IMG/VR virus record: IMGVR_UViG_3300014208_000946
Coordinates: 1 to 39,940 of that record
Strand: one strand, 5' to 3'
DNA: 39,940 nt
Source: a virus
Taxonomy: Duplodnaviria; Caudoviricetes
The notes under the pieces were generated by a model. The model was not told the DNA's origin. It was given only the letters and a program-made list of their open reading frames with translations, and searched no databases. The position numbers and the translations under genes were made by a program. Numbering within the stretch: the first letter of the stretch is position 1; every line of letters begins with the position of its first letter. Of this stretch, positions 25,007 through 34,593 are shown piece after piece.

Positions 25007-27105
25007 AATTTTGTGACTAAAATCACCTTGTCTTTTTTATCGTTGACAATGACGATTTTGTCGTGATTTTTAGGAATTATTGTTTTATTGTTAATTCGCT
25101 CGATTTTTAAATGACTCAATGAGTCGGCTAACGCCAAGGCTTCGCGCAGTCCCAAATTGTATTCTTTGACCAGTCTTTCCGCAACATCTATCTGGTCGCT
25201 TAAAGAAACTGTAAACCCGACCGAAGCATTTATTAAATCGCTGATGGTTATATTATCATCAATCGCTTTCCCGACATCGGCTCGCAGAGCTTCCACCACC
25301 AAAATTTGGTCATCAATAATTTGTCCTAAGGTTAACGCTTTTATAACATCATCAGACAAATTAGTGTTATCGCTTATCGCTTTTTCTATTCCTGCCCGGA
25401 CGGCATCCGCCAAAATGACCAAATCCGACACTATCTTTTCGGTTGTGAATATTTGCGCATCAGCCAAAGCCACATTTTCGGTTAATTCTTTGGCGACTGT
25501 GCTTTGCACGCTGTCGCTTAAATTAATTTGTTCGGCCAAATCCCTATAAAATGTTTTAAGAAAATCAAGAGCGTCGCTTAAAATTAAACTGTCATCGGTA
25601 TATTTCCCTATCTGCATTGATAAGCCGTCTTGCAGATTGGTTAAATCAGCTAAATCTTTGTTTAAAATCAACGAGCCGATAAAACTATCCGCCAAGGCCA
25701 CATTTTCGGTTAAATAGGCTTGAATTATTTTTTGAATGGCATCGCTTAAACCGAGATTGTCAGATAATACTTTGCCGATAGTTTCCGCCAAACTGTCGCT
25801 GATTGAAATGCTATCGGTTGGATTTTTCCCGACTGTGAGAATAAGACTTTCCGCCACTAATAACGATTCGGTTAAATTTAAAGAGCCGGTTTTTTGTAAA
25901 ATATCGCTTAAAACTAATGTTTCCGCTAACGCCTTGGTATTGTCTTTTACAAGGACATCGGCCAATGTTGAATTGTCGGCCAAGTTTTTTCCGTTGGTTT
26001 TAATCAAACTGTCGGTTAAATTGGAGCTATCAGCCGTATTTTTATTGATGGTTTTGGCCAGTGCATCAGTCAGCCCGATTGTTTCGGCTAATGCTTGAGT
26101 CCATGCGACTGGCGTGGTATAGGTAACTGACAAAATTGGTTTTTCCGTTCCATTGTCAGCAAAATTTGCCGTAAAATAACCCTGTTTATTGGCACTCCAA
26201 GTTGGCCCGCTATTATTTATATCCCAGCTTGTTTGAGTGGAAAATTTACTGACTCCTGTTAAACTGATATTGGCGATACCACTGGCATTGAAATCAAATT
26301 GATTATATCCGTTGGTTATATAGTCGCCATAAGCCATACTGGCAAAAGAAGTTCTGCCAATGTTTCCGTAATCCCCTGTGGCAAGATTATCAGTGGCCGC
26401 CGGTGTAGCGGCCGCTACATGTAAACTTAAAGCCCCGGCAAATTCCTGTCCTACGGATCTACCTCTTAGTGATAAAAACGCGCTACTGATAACAGCCGCA
26501 TTATCAATTGTGGCGGTATTAAATAGGAAAAAACCACGCAACATCACATTATACTGATTAGAAGTAGCCGAAGATTGTAATCTGGCAATGTTATCAAAAG
26601 TATTTGACACGCCAGCGGTTACCCCGGCGCCGGCTCTAATCGTGGCAAAGGCTTCGTCAACTCCATCTCTGCGAACATAGCCATCGCAAGGGCTGTTCGC
26701 TCCCGCAACTGGATTAAAAGTGTCGGTGGTTAAAGCTAAAAATGGCAAAAATTCTTTAGCGAAAAAAATCAAGAAACAGGCCAATGCCGGTCTTAAAATT
26801 GCTAATCCTTTGTCAGTTTCCCATGCCACAGACGGAAGCCAAAATAACCAAGGTCTTAATTTCAAAGCGTATTCATAACGGCTAAAAAATTGCTCTGTTT
26901 TCAATTCTTGCAAGTTTTTTGTTTTTTTGTCCCAAACCAATCCTTGTGAATGAACTATTGACTGTGGAGTAATCTTTATAATTTTCCCATATTTCGTGGG
27001 TTTATGACCCATTTTTTCAAACTGAAAAATAAGTCTACCCAGCCAAGTATTGGCCAGCCAGACTAATATTTTTTGATGGCGTTCAAAAAACTTTAAATCA
27101 ATCAT
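25003..27105 (-). CDS. Fibre/decoration protein with leader, beta domain and about 18 repeats of 18 aa
   Basis: Hydrophobic leader, RGFFLFNT..I...P.LSVTY beta domain, then periodic L.D/E...L.D repeats. Confidence 0.7.
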   Translation of the reverse strand: MIDLKFFERHQKILVWLANTWLGRLIFQFEKMGHKPTKYGKIIKITPQSIVHSQGLVWDKKTKNLQELKTEQFFSRYEYALKLRPWLFWLPSVAWETDKGLAILRPALACFLIFFAKEFLPFLALTTDTFNPVAGANSPCDGYVRRDGVDEAFATIRAGAGVTAGVSNTFDNIARLQSSATSNQYNVMLRGFFLFNTATIDNAAVISSAFLSLRGRSVGQEFAGALSLHVAAATPAATDNLATGDYGNIGRTSFASMAYGDYITNGYNQFDFNASGIANISLTGVSKFSTQTSWDINNSGPTWSANKQGYFTANFADNGTEKPILSVTYTTPVAWTQALAETIGLTDALAKTINKNTADSSNLTDSLIKTNGKNLADNSTLADVLVKDNTKALAETLVLSDILQKTGSLNLTESLLVAESLILTVGKNPTDSISISDSLAETIGKVLSDNLGLSDAIQKIIQAYLTENVALADSFIGSLILNKDLADLTNLQDGLSMQIGKYTDDSLILSDALDFLKTFYRDLAEQINLSDSVQSTVAKELTENVALADAQIFTTEKIVSDLVILADAVRAGIEKAISDNTNLSDDVIKALTLGQIIDDQILVVEALRADVGKAIDDNITISDLINASVGFTVSLSDQIDVAERLVKEYNLGLREALALADSLSHLKIERINNKTIIPKNHDKIVIVNDKKDKVILVTKL

Positions 27106-27123
27106 ATATTAAAAAACCAATCA

Positions 27124-27147
27124 CCGCCCCCCAAAAAAGAGGGGCGG
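27124..27147 (-). terminator. GC-rich hairpin, terminator-like
   Basis: CCGCCCCTC/GGGGGGCGG followed by TGATTGGTTTTTT. Confidence 0.55.
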
Positions 27148-27157
27148 AGGTGGCTTT

Positions 27158-27631
27158 CTATGAAGCACCGATGGTCACTGTCCAAGTGATTTTTAGAGTA
27201 TCGGAAGCTCCTTTGTTTATTGCCGCGAAAGTGGATCTGCAAAGCATTGTGCCATTCGCAGAGGAATTGAACACCCCGGCCTCGGTAATCGCTCCGGTGC
27301 CATCCGCGGCCGCCCAGTCGCCGACATAGATGATATCGTTATCATCACCGCCAGCTCCCTGCGTGCGCGAGGTTAAGGCGTTGCGGTCAATTTGGAATTC
27401 CAAAGCCGTATTGGCGGATGTCGGGGCGGTCGTGCCTGTCCCGATGGCCATATGGCTCATTGCCGATTCGTCTTGCGAAGAGGCTAATTGGTCCGCAATG
27501 TGCGCTTCGCCTGCGTTGGTCATCAAATTTGAGATTACTCTCTCGTCTTTCAGTTTGCCGTCTTTTCCAAAAAGCTGGATAAGCAATCTGCCTTTGCGAG
27601 CCACGCGGTCTGTTAGTTTTTGATTTTTCAT
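27158..27631 (-). CDS. Virion structural protein (fibre base/collar-like)
   Basis: NLMTNAG, MAIGTG, ITEAGVFN, DTLKITWTV. Confidence 0.75.
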   Translation of the reverse strand: MKNQKLTDRVARKGRLLIQLFGKDGKLKDERVISNLMTNAGEAHIADQLASSQDESAMSHMAIGTGTTAPTSANTALEFQIDRNALTSRTQGAGGDDNDIIYVGDWAAADGTGAITEAGVFNSSANGTMLCRSTFAAINKGASDTLKITWTVTIGAS

Positions 27632-27840
27632 AAATCTTTTATTAATTTAACAGCTTTAGCTCGTTCTTGATTGCCTCCAGTGAACTTATCCAATATGATG
27701 GTTTTACCCTGTTCGTATTGAACGCCATTTTTGAACAATCCGGCTGGTGAAATAACCTCGTATTCGGCCTTTTGAGCGAATAGATTGGCTCTGATGCCCT
27801 CGGCTTCAGCCACTATGTCTAATGGATTTTTTTCAGCCAT
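27628..27840 (-). CDS. Small protein after the capsid gene
   Basis: 70 aa, ATGA overlap with the next gene. Confidence 0.7.
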   Translation of the reverse strand: MAEKNPLDIVAEAEGIRANLFAQKAEYEVISPAGLFKNGVQYEQGKTIILDKFTGGNQERAKAVKLIKDL

Positions 27841-27867
27841 ACTATTGTCTTTATTGTTAATTATCTT

Positions 27868-27898
27868 AATCAGGGGAGGATTTTACCCTCCCCTGATT
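27868..27898 (-). terminator. Hairpin after the major capsid gene
   Basis: Perfect 12-bp inverted repeat aatcaggggagg/cctcccctgatt. Confidence 0.75.
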
Positions 27899-27904
27899 TT
27901 AAGT

Positions 27905-28876
27905 TTAAGCGATTGCGTCTTCGATAAAGTAGCCGGCGACATTGCTGACTAATTTCTCGTCTTGGCAAACTTCGACTTCGAACACATCTTTCTTTTCGGC
28001 TTCCTCTCTCCAAGTGCGGACACCCCAAGGAGTGTGAGCGGCATTCTTGGCGCGGAAAATATAACCGCAAGAAAGTTCGTCAATGGCCGGAGCATCAGGA
28101 GCGTAAATCAATACCACATGCTTGCCCCACACATCAGACAAAGTCTGGGTGGCGTTGCCCTCTTTATTGGTATTCTTGGCGGCCTTGGGGATTAATACTT
28201 TCATATTCCAAAGAATAGGAGGCAAATCGCCGTCTACCAATAAGTTTTGATGAGTATATTTGATTAAATCTCTGATGGTGACATCGCGCTTCATGATTTT
28301 AGCGATGGCAGATGGAATAATGATTTTGTTCGGCTCATGACCGCCAGTTTGCTGGCGAATAGCCTCACGCCCGGCATCGATGATAGCTTCAATAGCGTAG
28401 GTGATATTGTCGGTATCATAGCTGGCATTATTCCATTGCTGGGTGCCGGACAATTGAACTCTGTTGGTAGAGGCCCAATTGGCTTGAGTGGTCAACAAAG
28501 TCGCCACGCGGATTTCTTGGTCAAGCATGATCAAGTCCTTAACGCGTCTTGATTTGGACATTCTCAAGTTCAGCACACTGTCAGCGTTGGCCGCCTGCCG
28601 ATCGGTTACTTCGGCGCTTAGCGCGTATTCCTCGGCCAAATAGGAATTCGAGCCGTCGACTGTAAAGCCGACCCTCTTTGATCTCGTGCCATCCGCCCTC
28701 TTGGTGTTATCAGGCACCCTGAAGGCTTCCCCCTTATTCCAAGCGTAGTATTTATCGCTTTCTTTAGCTACGGAAATAACAGGGAAGATGTCCTCGGCAA
28801 TCATTCCGGTAGGGTGATAACCGAGCGACATGTTGGATAGCGCTACATCAATGTGAACTTCGTTTACTTTAGGCAT
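27905..28876 (-). CDS. Major capsid protein
   Basis: DVALSNMSLGY....IAE.IFPV.V...SDKYY, E.RVA.L, VWG, AGYFIEDAIA. Position after cement and protease genes. Confidence 0.92.
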   Translation of the reverse strand: MPKVNEVHIDVALSNMSLGYHPTGMIAEDIFPVISVAKESDKYYAWNKGEAFRVPDNTKRADGTRSKRVGFTVDGSNSYLAEEYALSAEVTDRQAANADSVLNLRMSKSRRVKDLIMLDQEIRVATLLTTQANWASTNRVQLSGTQQWNNASYDTDNITYAIEAIIDAGREAIRQQTGGHEPNKIIIPSAIAKIMKRDVTIRDLIKYTHQNLLVDGDLPPILWNMKVLIPKAAKNTNKEGNATQTLSDVWGKHVVLIYAPDAPAIDELSCGYIFRAKNAAHTPWGVRTWREEAEKKDVFEVEVCQDEKLVSNVAGYFIEDAIA

Positions 28877-28935
28877 ACATTGAGTATTAAGGTTTGTTAA
28901 GCTGTCCGCTTATTTTGGTGTTTTTATGTCCTCGG

Positions 28936-29346
28936 TTAGTGAGCGATTACGAGCGGTCTGATTAAGACACTAACGATATCGCCACCAGCTCCGGCGGCTT
29001 CCAACGCGATAGCAATAACATGCTCGGTCGAAGCGGGAGTGCCTGTCCAAGTCGAACTGATAGCCGGGCAGGTAATTAAACGGCCGGTCGTAATGGCCGC
29101 CACCAAATAATCGCCTTTGCTAAAAGCGGCGCCAGCTACGGCTTTGCTAATACCTGCAACGCAGACATTAACAGAATCACCGGCGGTAGCCACAGTGTTT
29201 TGGATGATACCAATAACCTTATCGTTGTTGCCATCAGGCAAATCAACTTGATCAGCATTGGTTCCAATTTCCACCGCGACATACTTTTCTGACATGGCGC
29301 GTTCGGCTTCAAAGGGAGCCTCCAATAATTTAATTTCGTGAGCCAT
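28936..29346 (-). CDS. Capsid cement/decoration protein (DUF2190-like)
   Basis: VIGI...GDSV.V..AG, IALEAA.A.GDIVSVL. Confidence 0.85.
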   Translation of the reverse strand: MAHEIKLLEAPFEAERAMSEKYVAVEIGTNADQVDLPDGNNDKVIGIIQNTVATAGDSVNVCVAGISKAVAGAAFSKGDYLVAAITTGRLITCPAISSTWTGTPASTEHVIAIALEAAGAGGDIVSVLIRPLVIAH

Positions 29347-29403
29347 ACAAAGTAGTTTAGGTTTATTAATCTAACTTTGCCGGATTTTTACCGGCGGACT
29401 TGG

Positions 29404-30624
29404 CTATTTTTTAGCCAGTTCTTTTTCAGCCATCAATAAAGCTTCCGGATAGGATAGTTTATCATTGGCTTTTATCAACGCCTTGGCTTTTTGGTCAAGT
29501 TTGAAAGAATTGGCCTCAACTCCCTCGGGCGCTTCGCCCTCCTCGCCCTCGCCACCCTCGCCGCCAATCTCTGAGAACAGAGTGGCTTTCGGCAAGCCGT
29601 TAACGATTTCAAAGAAAGCTGTTGCTTGCGTATCATTCAAAGACATGGCAAAGGCAGTCACTTTTTCCTTGATGGTGGCTGGCAACTTTCCCTCTTTGTT
29701 TGATTCGCTAAACACAAGTTTTTCTATTTTATCACTCATTTCCTTTTTCTTGAGTTCCTCCGTAGCCTTGACACCGGCATCGGCCGCATCCTTGAGCTTT
29801 TTAACTTCAACTTCGCTCATGGTTACGGAACCGGCAGGCGCTCCGACCGCAGGGGCCTCTTTATTAGGATTGAGTTCGGCAAATTTTGTTTTGCCTACCT
29901 CGTCCAATTCCGAAAAGTGAGAAGCAATAAAGGACTTCTCGTCATTATCAAGATCGGCAAGGTTTTTCAATGATACTTCGCTTAATAACATAGTGTTATT
30001 TATTAAGATGTCCTCTGAGAGAACAACTGGGTTTAACCCCTTAAAATAAGGTCGGTTGGTAATTGCCCCCCCGACAAAAACATTATTATACACCTTGCGG
30101 CTCTCGGGGTCTTCATATTGGAAGTAAAACTCGGGACTGAAAAAGCGATAAATCGCGTCCTCAATCAGCTGTCGACCTTTGGCGTTCCACTCCACGATGG
30201 CGAAGAGTCCCTCTTTGCCTCGGTTTATAAGTTCTTTAATCCAGCCCACGGCTCCGCAATCCGACCGATGCTCCTCATCAACAGGCAAACCTATCGTGCT
30301 ACTGTGCGCGCGCAGGTTCTTTTTAAAATTAGCGACAAATTCTTTCAAATTATCCTCGGTGATTTTAATCGGGCCATACATCGGATGATTCCATTCGCCC
30401 TCTTTCAGCAATTGCAGTTCTGTTTGATTTTTTTCATCAAAAGTCATGTTCAAAGGAACCATCATTGTGATTGGATGTTCATTGGCCTTTTTAGCATGCC
30501 TAATTTCACCGGCATGCGATTTGTTATTTTTGTCATAACAAATATGCATATACTGGTCACCGCTTAATTTCTTTGTGATGACGCGTCCGCCATCAGCAAC
30601 GCATCTGTCAAATTCTGCTGGCAT
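29404..30624 (-). CDS. Mu gpI-like prohead protease with C-terminal scaffold
   Basis: G.WNHP.YG, DEEH, AVGWIKEL, VEWN..G, YRFFSPEF, AITNRPY. Confidence 0.92.
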   Translation of the reverse strand: MPAEFDRCVADGGRVITKKLSGDQYMHICYDKNNKSHAGEIRHAKKANEHPITMMVPLNMTFDEKNQTELQLLKEGEWNHPMYGPIKITEDNLKEFVANFKKNLRAHSSTIGLPVDEEHRSDCGAVGWIKELINRGKEGLFAIVEWNAKGRQLIEDAIYRFFSPEFYFQYEDPESRKVYNNVFVGGAITNRPYFKGLNPVVLSEDILINNTMLLSEVSLKNLADLDNDEKSFIASHFSELDEVGKTKFAELNPNKEAPAVGAPAGSVTMSEVEVKKLKDAADAGVKATEELKKKEMSDKIEKLVFSESNKEGKLPATIKEKVTAFAMSLNDTQATAFFEIVNGLPKATLFSEIGGEGGEGEEGEAPEGVEANSFKLDQKAKALIKANDKLSYPEALLMAEKELAKK

Positions 30625-30630
30625 AAAAGT

Positions 30631-30744
30631 AAAACGCCCAAGGCATTAGCCCGGGGCGTTTTTGGAGGAAGGCTCCTCTGCAAGCAACCACGGACATAAT
30701 CGCTCACTGATCGGCCTCGCGAAAGACGACCAGTTTGTCCGTGG
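30631..30744 (-). ncRNA. Structured leader upstream of the protease gene
   Basis: Nested stems ccacggaca/tgtccgtgg and CTGGTCG/CGATCAG, a small GAGGA/TCCTC hairpin, then a terminator-like hairpin with U-tract just before ATG. Confidence 0.6.
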
Positions 30745-30751
30745 GCTTAAA

Positions 30752-31573
30752 TTATTTTTTTAATGTTTTATTAAAATTGACATTAGGATCATTTTTCTGC
30801 TCTTGGATTAATTCTACCATATCTTTACTAAACTGTTCAATAGTGCCGTTCTTAAGTTCCTCTAAATAATCGGCACGCCGAATAATTTTGCTTGATAAAT
30901 GTCCTATTTCCACATCCGTGTCAACATAAATCTTAAATCCTGCTTCGCGCGCTTCCCGGCAAAAATTAAAGTCCTCGCCCATTTTAGAAAAAAAGAAATA
31001 AGGATATTTTAATTTTTTCAAAACTTCCACGCTAATCAAAACTATTCCAAAACCGATATGATCGGCGACCATCACTCCCATATCGGCCGCATCCACCCAC
31101 ATGACCGCTTCGGTTTCCTCCTCGCCCGGGTGCTTGGCAAAAATACAAGGATAGTGTGGCGAGGTTCGTTTGTAGGCCCGGACTCCTATAACCAGCTTCC
31201 TATAAAGCAACAATCTATGGATAACATCGGCATCAAAGGTATGGTCGCTGTCAATCATCGCCAAATGCGTGTATCCGCCCTCTACGGCCTGCTTAGCGAG
31301 CAGATTGCGCGCTTCATGCGTTATCATCCTCGAAACTGTCCTGACAGCCCAATTTTGGCTTTCTGCGTGCGATGCAACGAACATGGCTAAATGCATAAAG
31401 CTCTTGAATGGGCTTTCGCCCTCCAAATCCTCAATCACGCCGGAATTTGGCAAGCCTATCAACACTTTGGCCTCTTTCCAAGTATTTCGGCAATATTCCT
31501 CCCATTGCTCATCGCTGGCCTCGCCAAGATTGCTTATTGATTTTTTAATTTTCTCTTTTAGTCCGTTAAACAT
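30752..31573 (-). CDS. GT-A fold glycosyltransferase within the head module
   Basis: VLIGLP, ARNLL, THLAMIDSD (DXD), IGFGIVLI, GEDFNFC, D.DV.IGH. Confidence 0.88.
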   Translation of the reverse strand: MFNGLKEKIKKSISNLGEASDEQWEEYCRNTWKEAKVLIGLPNSGVIEDLEGESPFKSFMHLAMFVASHAESQNWAVRTVSRMITHEARNLLAKQAVEGGYTHLAMIDSDHTFDADVIHRLLLYRKLVIGVRAYKRTSPHYPCIFAKHPGEEETEAVMWVDAADMGVMVADHIGFGIVLISVEVLKKLKYPYFFFSKMGEDFNFCREAREAGFKIYVDTDVEIGHLSSKIIRRADYLEELKNGTIEQFSKDMVELIQEQKNDPNVNFNKTLKK

Positions 31574-31577
31574 AGTC

Positions 31578-34500
31578 TTATTTTAATTTATCAAGCACTT
31601 TTTTCATGACCTCCACCTGTTTCTGATGTTTTTCCACCCGATCGGGGTATTGATTATCTTTGGTATATTTGGCGATTTTCGCTTCTCTTTTGGCGATATC
31701 TTTTTTGTATTCCTCTTTAACGGCATCGGCGGCCAAACTTCCCTTTTTAACAATGGCGGTCTTAGGCTGTTTTAAGTCGTTCATGCCATCGTATTTTTTG
31801 GCAATCGACTCGGGGACTTCCGTTATCTTAGGTAATTCCGGTTCGTCATTCATAATCTCAACCCAAATGCCTCGGCAATTGCTGTGAAATATGTCCTCTT
31901 GCGCCCAAGGATCATCCATGGTGACTGTCCGCCCGTCCATGCTCATGCAGAACATGCAAGTGCGGTCATCTAAAAGTTCCGAGCGTTGTAAAGCGTAAAT
32001 ATCGCCTTTCCTACTAAATTGAGTCGCGCGCCTGCCTTGATTAATCGAACCGCCGACAATGACTGACGATGTTTGCTGGCTTAATTCCTCGATGGCTTCG
32101 TCAAATTTGATCCCGACTCTTTCCAAAGCCTTAGCGGTGGTCACGCCCTTGGCCACGCTATCCATCGCTTTCATCTTGGTCTTGGTGGATATCTTATTGG
32201 CGTGGTCGGCCATGATAATATTGGCGTTGGCTTCCAGTCTGTCGATATCGGTTTGCGGAGTGGCCGGCGAGGTTATTTTCATTTCGGCCGCCACGGCATT
32301 TTTTCCAAAGTTATAAAGTTCTTTCATCTTAGCGACCATTTCAGTTTGATACTTCGGGTCAAATTCAATGCCCATTTCCGCTATCATGGCATAGTCGCCT
32401 GCTTCGATGGCTTTTTTAAGCGTGGATAATATTTCGTCTTTTTTTTCAGCCATGCCATCCTTAAGCATGCCGGCGAATTCTTTTTCTCGCTTTACGAATT
32501 CATTTTGCAGGTTGCCGAAGTTAACTTTTTTCTCGGCATAGGTCAATTTGCGGAATGGCTTAAAATTCTCATTCAGCTGATAGAGTTTTTTTTTAGCCGG
32601 CAACGGATGTGGCGGTTCGTTAAACTGATTTTCTATCTCGGCCAGCGTATCCTTTCTATCTTGCAGAGTTTGCTTGACTTCCTCGATTTTCTGTTTAATC
32701 TCGGCTTTCTTGGAGGGGCTGTCGGTTTTGTTAATCTCGGCATCCAAGCGTTCGATGCGGATTAAATCTTTTTCAATGCGTGATTTCATTCGGCTCTTTC
32801 GCAGTTCGAGCTTTCTTGTTTTGATGTCTTTGGTGATATTGGTCTTGGCCTCTGTTTGGCGCGCTTTCTCTTTTTTAATGCCCTCTTTGCCGGCGGCAAT
32901 CATTTTTTTGATTTCCTCTATTTTTTCCTTAACTTTGGCATTAAACGCTTTTTTGGTCTTTTTGTCTTTAATACTGCCGGCGCGCTTCTTGAAGTTATCT
33001 ATAACGGCCTTTAATTCGTCAATACGGCGCTTGGCATCGCTGATATTGGACGAACTGGTGTCATACTGCGAGATATCCGCAGAATGCCCCTTGCTGGCCC
33101 AGTATTGCTTCATAGCCTCGCTTATTTTGGACTTGGTGGTTTCATCGAGCGGTTTTCCAGCCGCGCCGAATAAAAAGGCTTCATCCTCAAACATTTCGTT
33201 AAAATATAAAATATCGGCTTCCCTTTCCTCGCTCATCGTCTGTTTGATTTCCTCGGGAACATCGGGCGCCTGATCAGCCTCGCCGGCCACATCAACTGAT
33301 AACAAATCCAGTTCGGTTAATAAATCGTCAGTTTCTTGGTCATCGTCATCGCCTACTTGCTTAACCGGCAAATCCAATTCATTGCGGACATATTTAACTA
33401 ATTCATCATCTTTTTCGATTATGCCATTGGTTATCAAAGTATTTAACATCGTGGCGAACTTGTCTTTATCGATGGCGCCGATGTCATCCACTCTTAATTT
33501 TGGATATTTGGTCATGCCGGGCCAGTTGAAATCACAAAGCTGTTGAATAGCGTGTTTGGAAATAACGGCGCAGATATTCTTACCCACGGCTTGGAGGCTG
33601 TCATAGAAAAATCCGCTTTGGTCTTTGCTCAAAGCAAAACTTCCGCTTTCGCCGGCTCCGAGCATTAAAAATTGAGCCAACACATTAAGCACGATTTGGC
33701 GATTATGATAATCGATGCTGGATTTGGGATCGCGCGTGGCTTTGGCTTTCATGTCTAAAAATCCGACTTCGTATCCATCAGGAAAAACCACATGGGCTTT
33801 TTCATTGGCGCGTAAATTCTTAACCAATGCCTTGGCGTTGGCTTTGTCTTTGTCATCCGCCCCAGCCGGTAGTTTGCAATATGGCACGCCCAGCCCTTGG
33901 CGCTCAAAAGCCATGGCATCTATTTGCTCAAAAATATCTTTATAAAACCAATGCTTGTATGCCGAGCGCAAAACGCTAACCCCCTCGTAATTGTCGCCCT
34001 CTCGTTCGTTGATAAAAATCAATAGCTTGTCCATCGGGATTTCCACGCTCTTGCCGGTAGGCAATAACTGGGTTATGCCCGGTTCGTTCTTGTCGTTGCC
34101 GATTCCCCAATTGGTGATGGTCTTAGGATGGCGCGGAGCCAATTTTTTCCAACCGATATATTGCTTGCCCTCAAACTCGACATAAGTAAAAACTTTTTCA
34201 AAAACAAAAACGCCGTAATCTACCATCAGCAGAGATTGGCGCAAAAAATCTTGCCACGATATAGTCATGGCCTCTTTCAAATTGTGTTCAATAAATCTCG
34301 CTTTTTCAATATCGGCTTCGTCTTGGCTGGCCGCCTCGACATCCCAGTTCGCCGATAACAAAGGCAGTTTTAAAACTTTCAATGATGCCGCCACAGTAGC
34401 ATCGCCTTTCCTCATTTTGTCATAAACCCGGTATTTTGCTGTGCCAACCAAGCCACTGTTATATTCCTCATCGCTAATCATGCCGTGGAATATCGTTGTG

Positions 34501-34586
34501 CCGGTATCGCCCATCTCATCATCAAGAACAGGCTTGATTACAGGCGCGGGAGCTGGACTTTTAAAAAAATTGCTAAATAATCCCAT
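31578..34586 (-). CDS. Portal protein (Mu gp29/DUF935-like) fused to coiled coil and MuF-like head morphogenesis domain
   Basis: N-terminal G.SVLRSAY..W..K, ERQGLG, VLAQFL. C-terminal DDRTC.FC..MDG...HSNCRG. Start MGLFS at 34586 preferred. Confidence 0.9.
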   Translation of the reverse strand: MGLFSNFFKSPAPAPVIKPVLDDEMGDTGTTIFHGMISDEEYNSGLVGTAKYRVYDKMRKGDATVAASLKVLKLPLLSANWDVEAASQDEADIEKARFIEHNLKEAMTISWQDFLRQSLLMVDYGVFVFEKVFTYVEFEGKQYIGWKKLAPRHPKTITNWGIGNDKNEPGITQLLPTGKSVEIPMDKLLIFINEREGDNYEGVSVLRSAYKHWFYKDIFEQIDAMAFERQGLGVPYCKLPAGADDKDKANAKALVKNLRANEKAHVVFPDGYEVGFLDMKAKATRDPKSSIDYHNRQIVLNVLAQFLMLGAGESGSFALSKDQSGFFYDSLQAVGKNICAVISKHAIQQLCDFNWPGMTKYPKLRVDDIGAIDKDKFATMLNTLITNGIIEKDDELVKYVRNELDLPVKQVGDDDDQETDDLLTELDLLSVDVAGEADQAPDVPEEIKQTMSEEREADILYFNEMFEDEAFLFGAAGKPLDETTKSKISEAMKQYWASKGHSADISQYDTSSSNISDAKRRIDELKAVIDNFKKRAGSIKDKKTKKAFNAKVKEKIEEIKKMIAAGKEGIKKEKARQTEAKTNITKDIKTRKLELRKSRMKSRIEKDLIRIERLDAEINKTDSPSKKAEIKQKIEEVKQTLQDRKDTLAEIENQFNEPPHPLPAKKKLYQLNENFKPFRKLTYAEKKVNFGNLQNEFVKREKEFAGMLKDGMAEKKDEILSTLKKAIEAGDYAMIAEMGIEFDPKYQTEMVAKMKELYNFGKNAVAAEMKITSPATPQTDIDRLEANANIIMADHANKISTKTKMKAMDSVAKGVTTAKALERVGIKFDEAIEELSQQTSSVIVGGSINQGRRATQFSRKGDIYALQRSELLDDRTCMFCMSMDGRTVTMDDPWAQEDIFHSNCRGIWVEIMNDEPELPKITEVPESIAKKYDGMNDLKQPKTAIVKKGSLAADAVKEEYKKDIAKREAKIAKYTKDNQYPDRVEKHQKQVEVMKKVLDKLK

Positions 34587-34593
34587 ATTTGTT

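Noticed and set aside
29522-29565. Repeated ccctcg units
   Set aside because: Low-complexity Gly/Glu linker codons in the scaffold.
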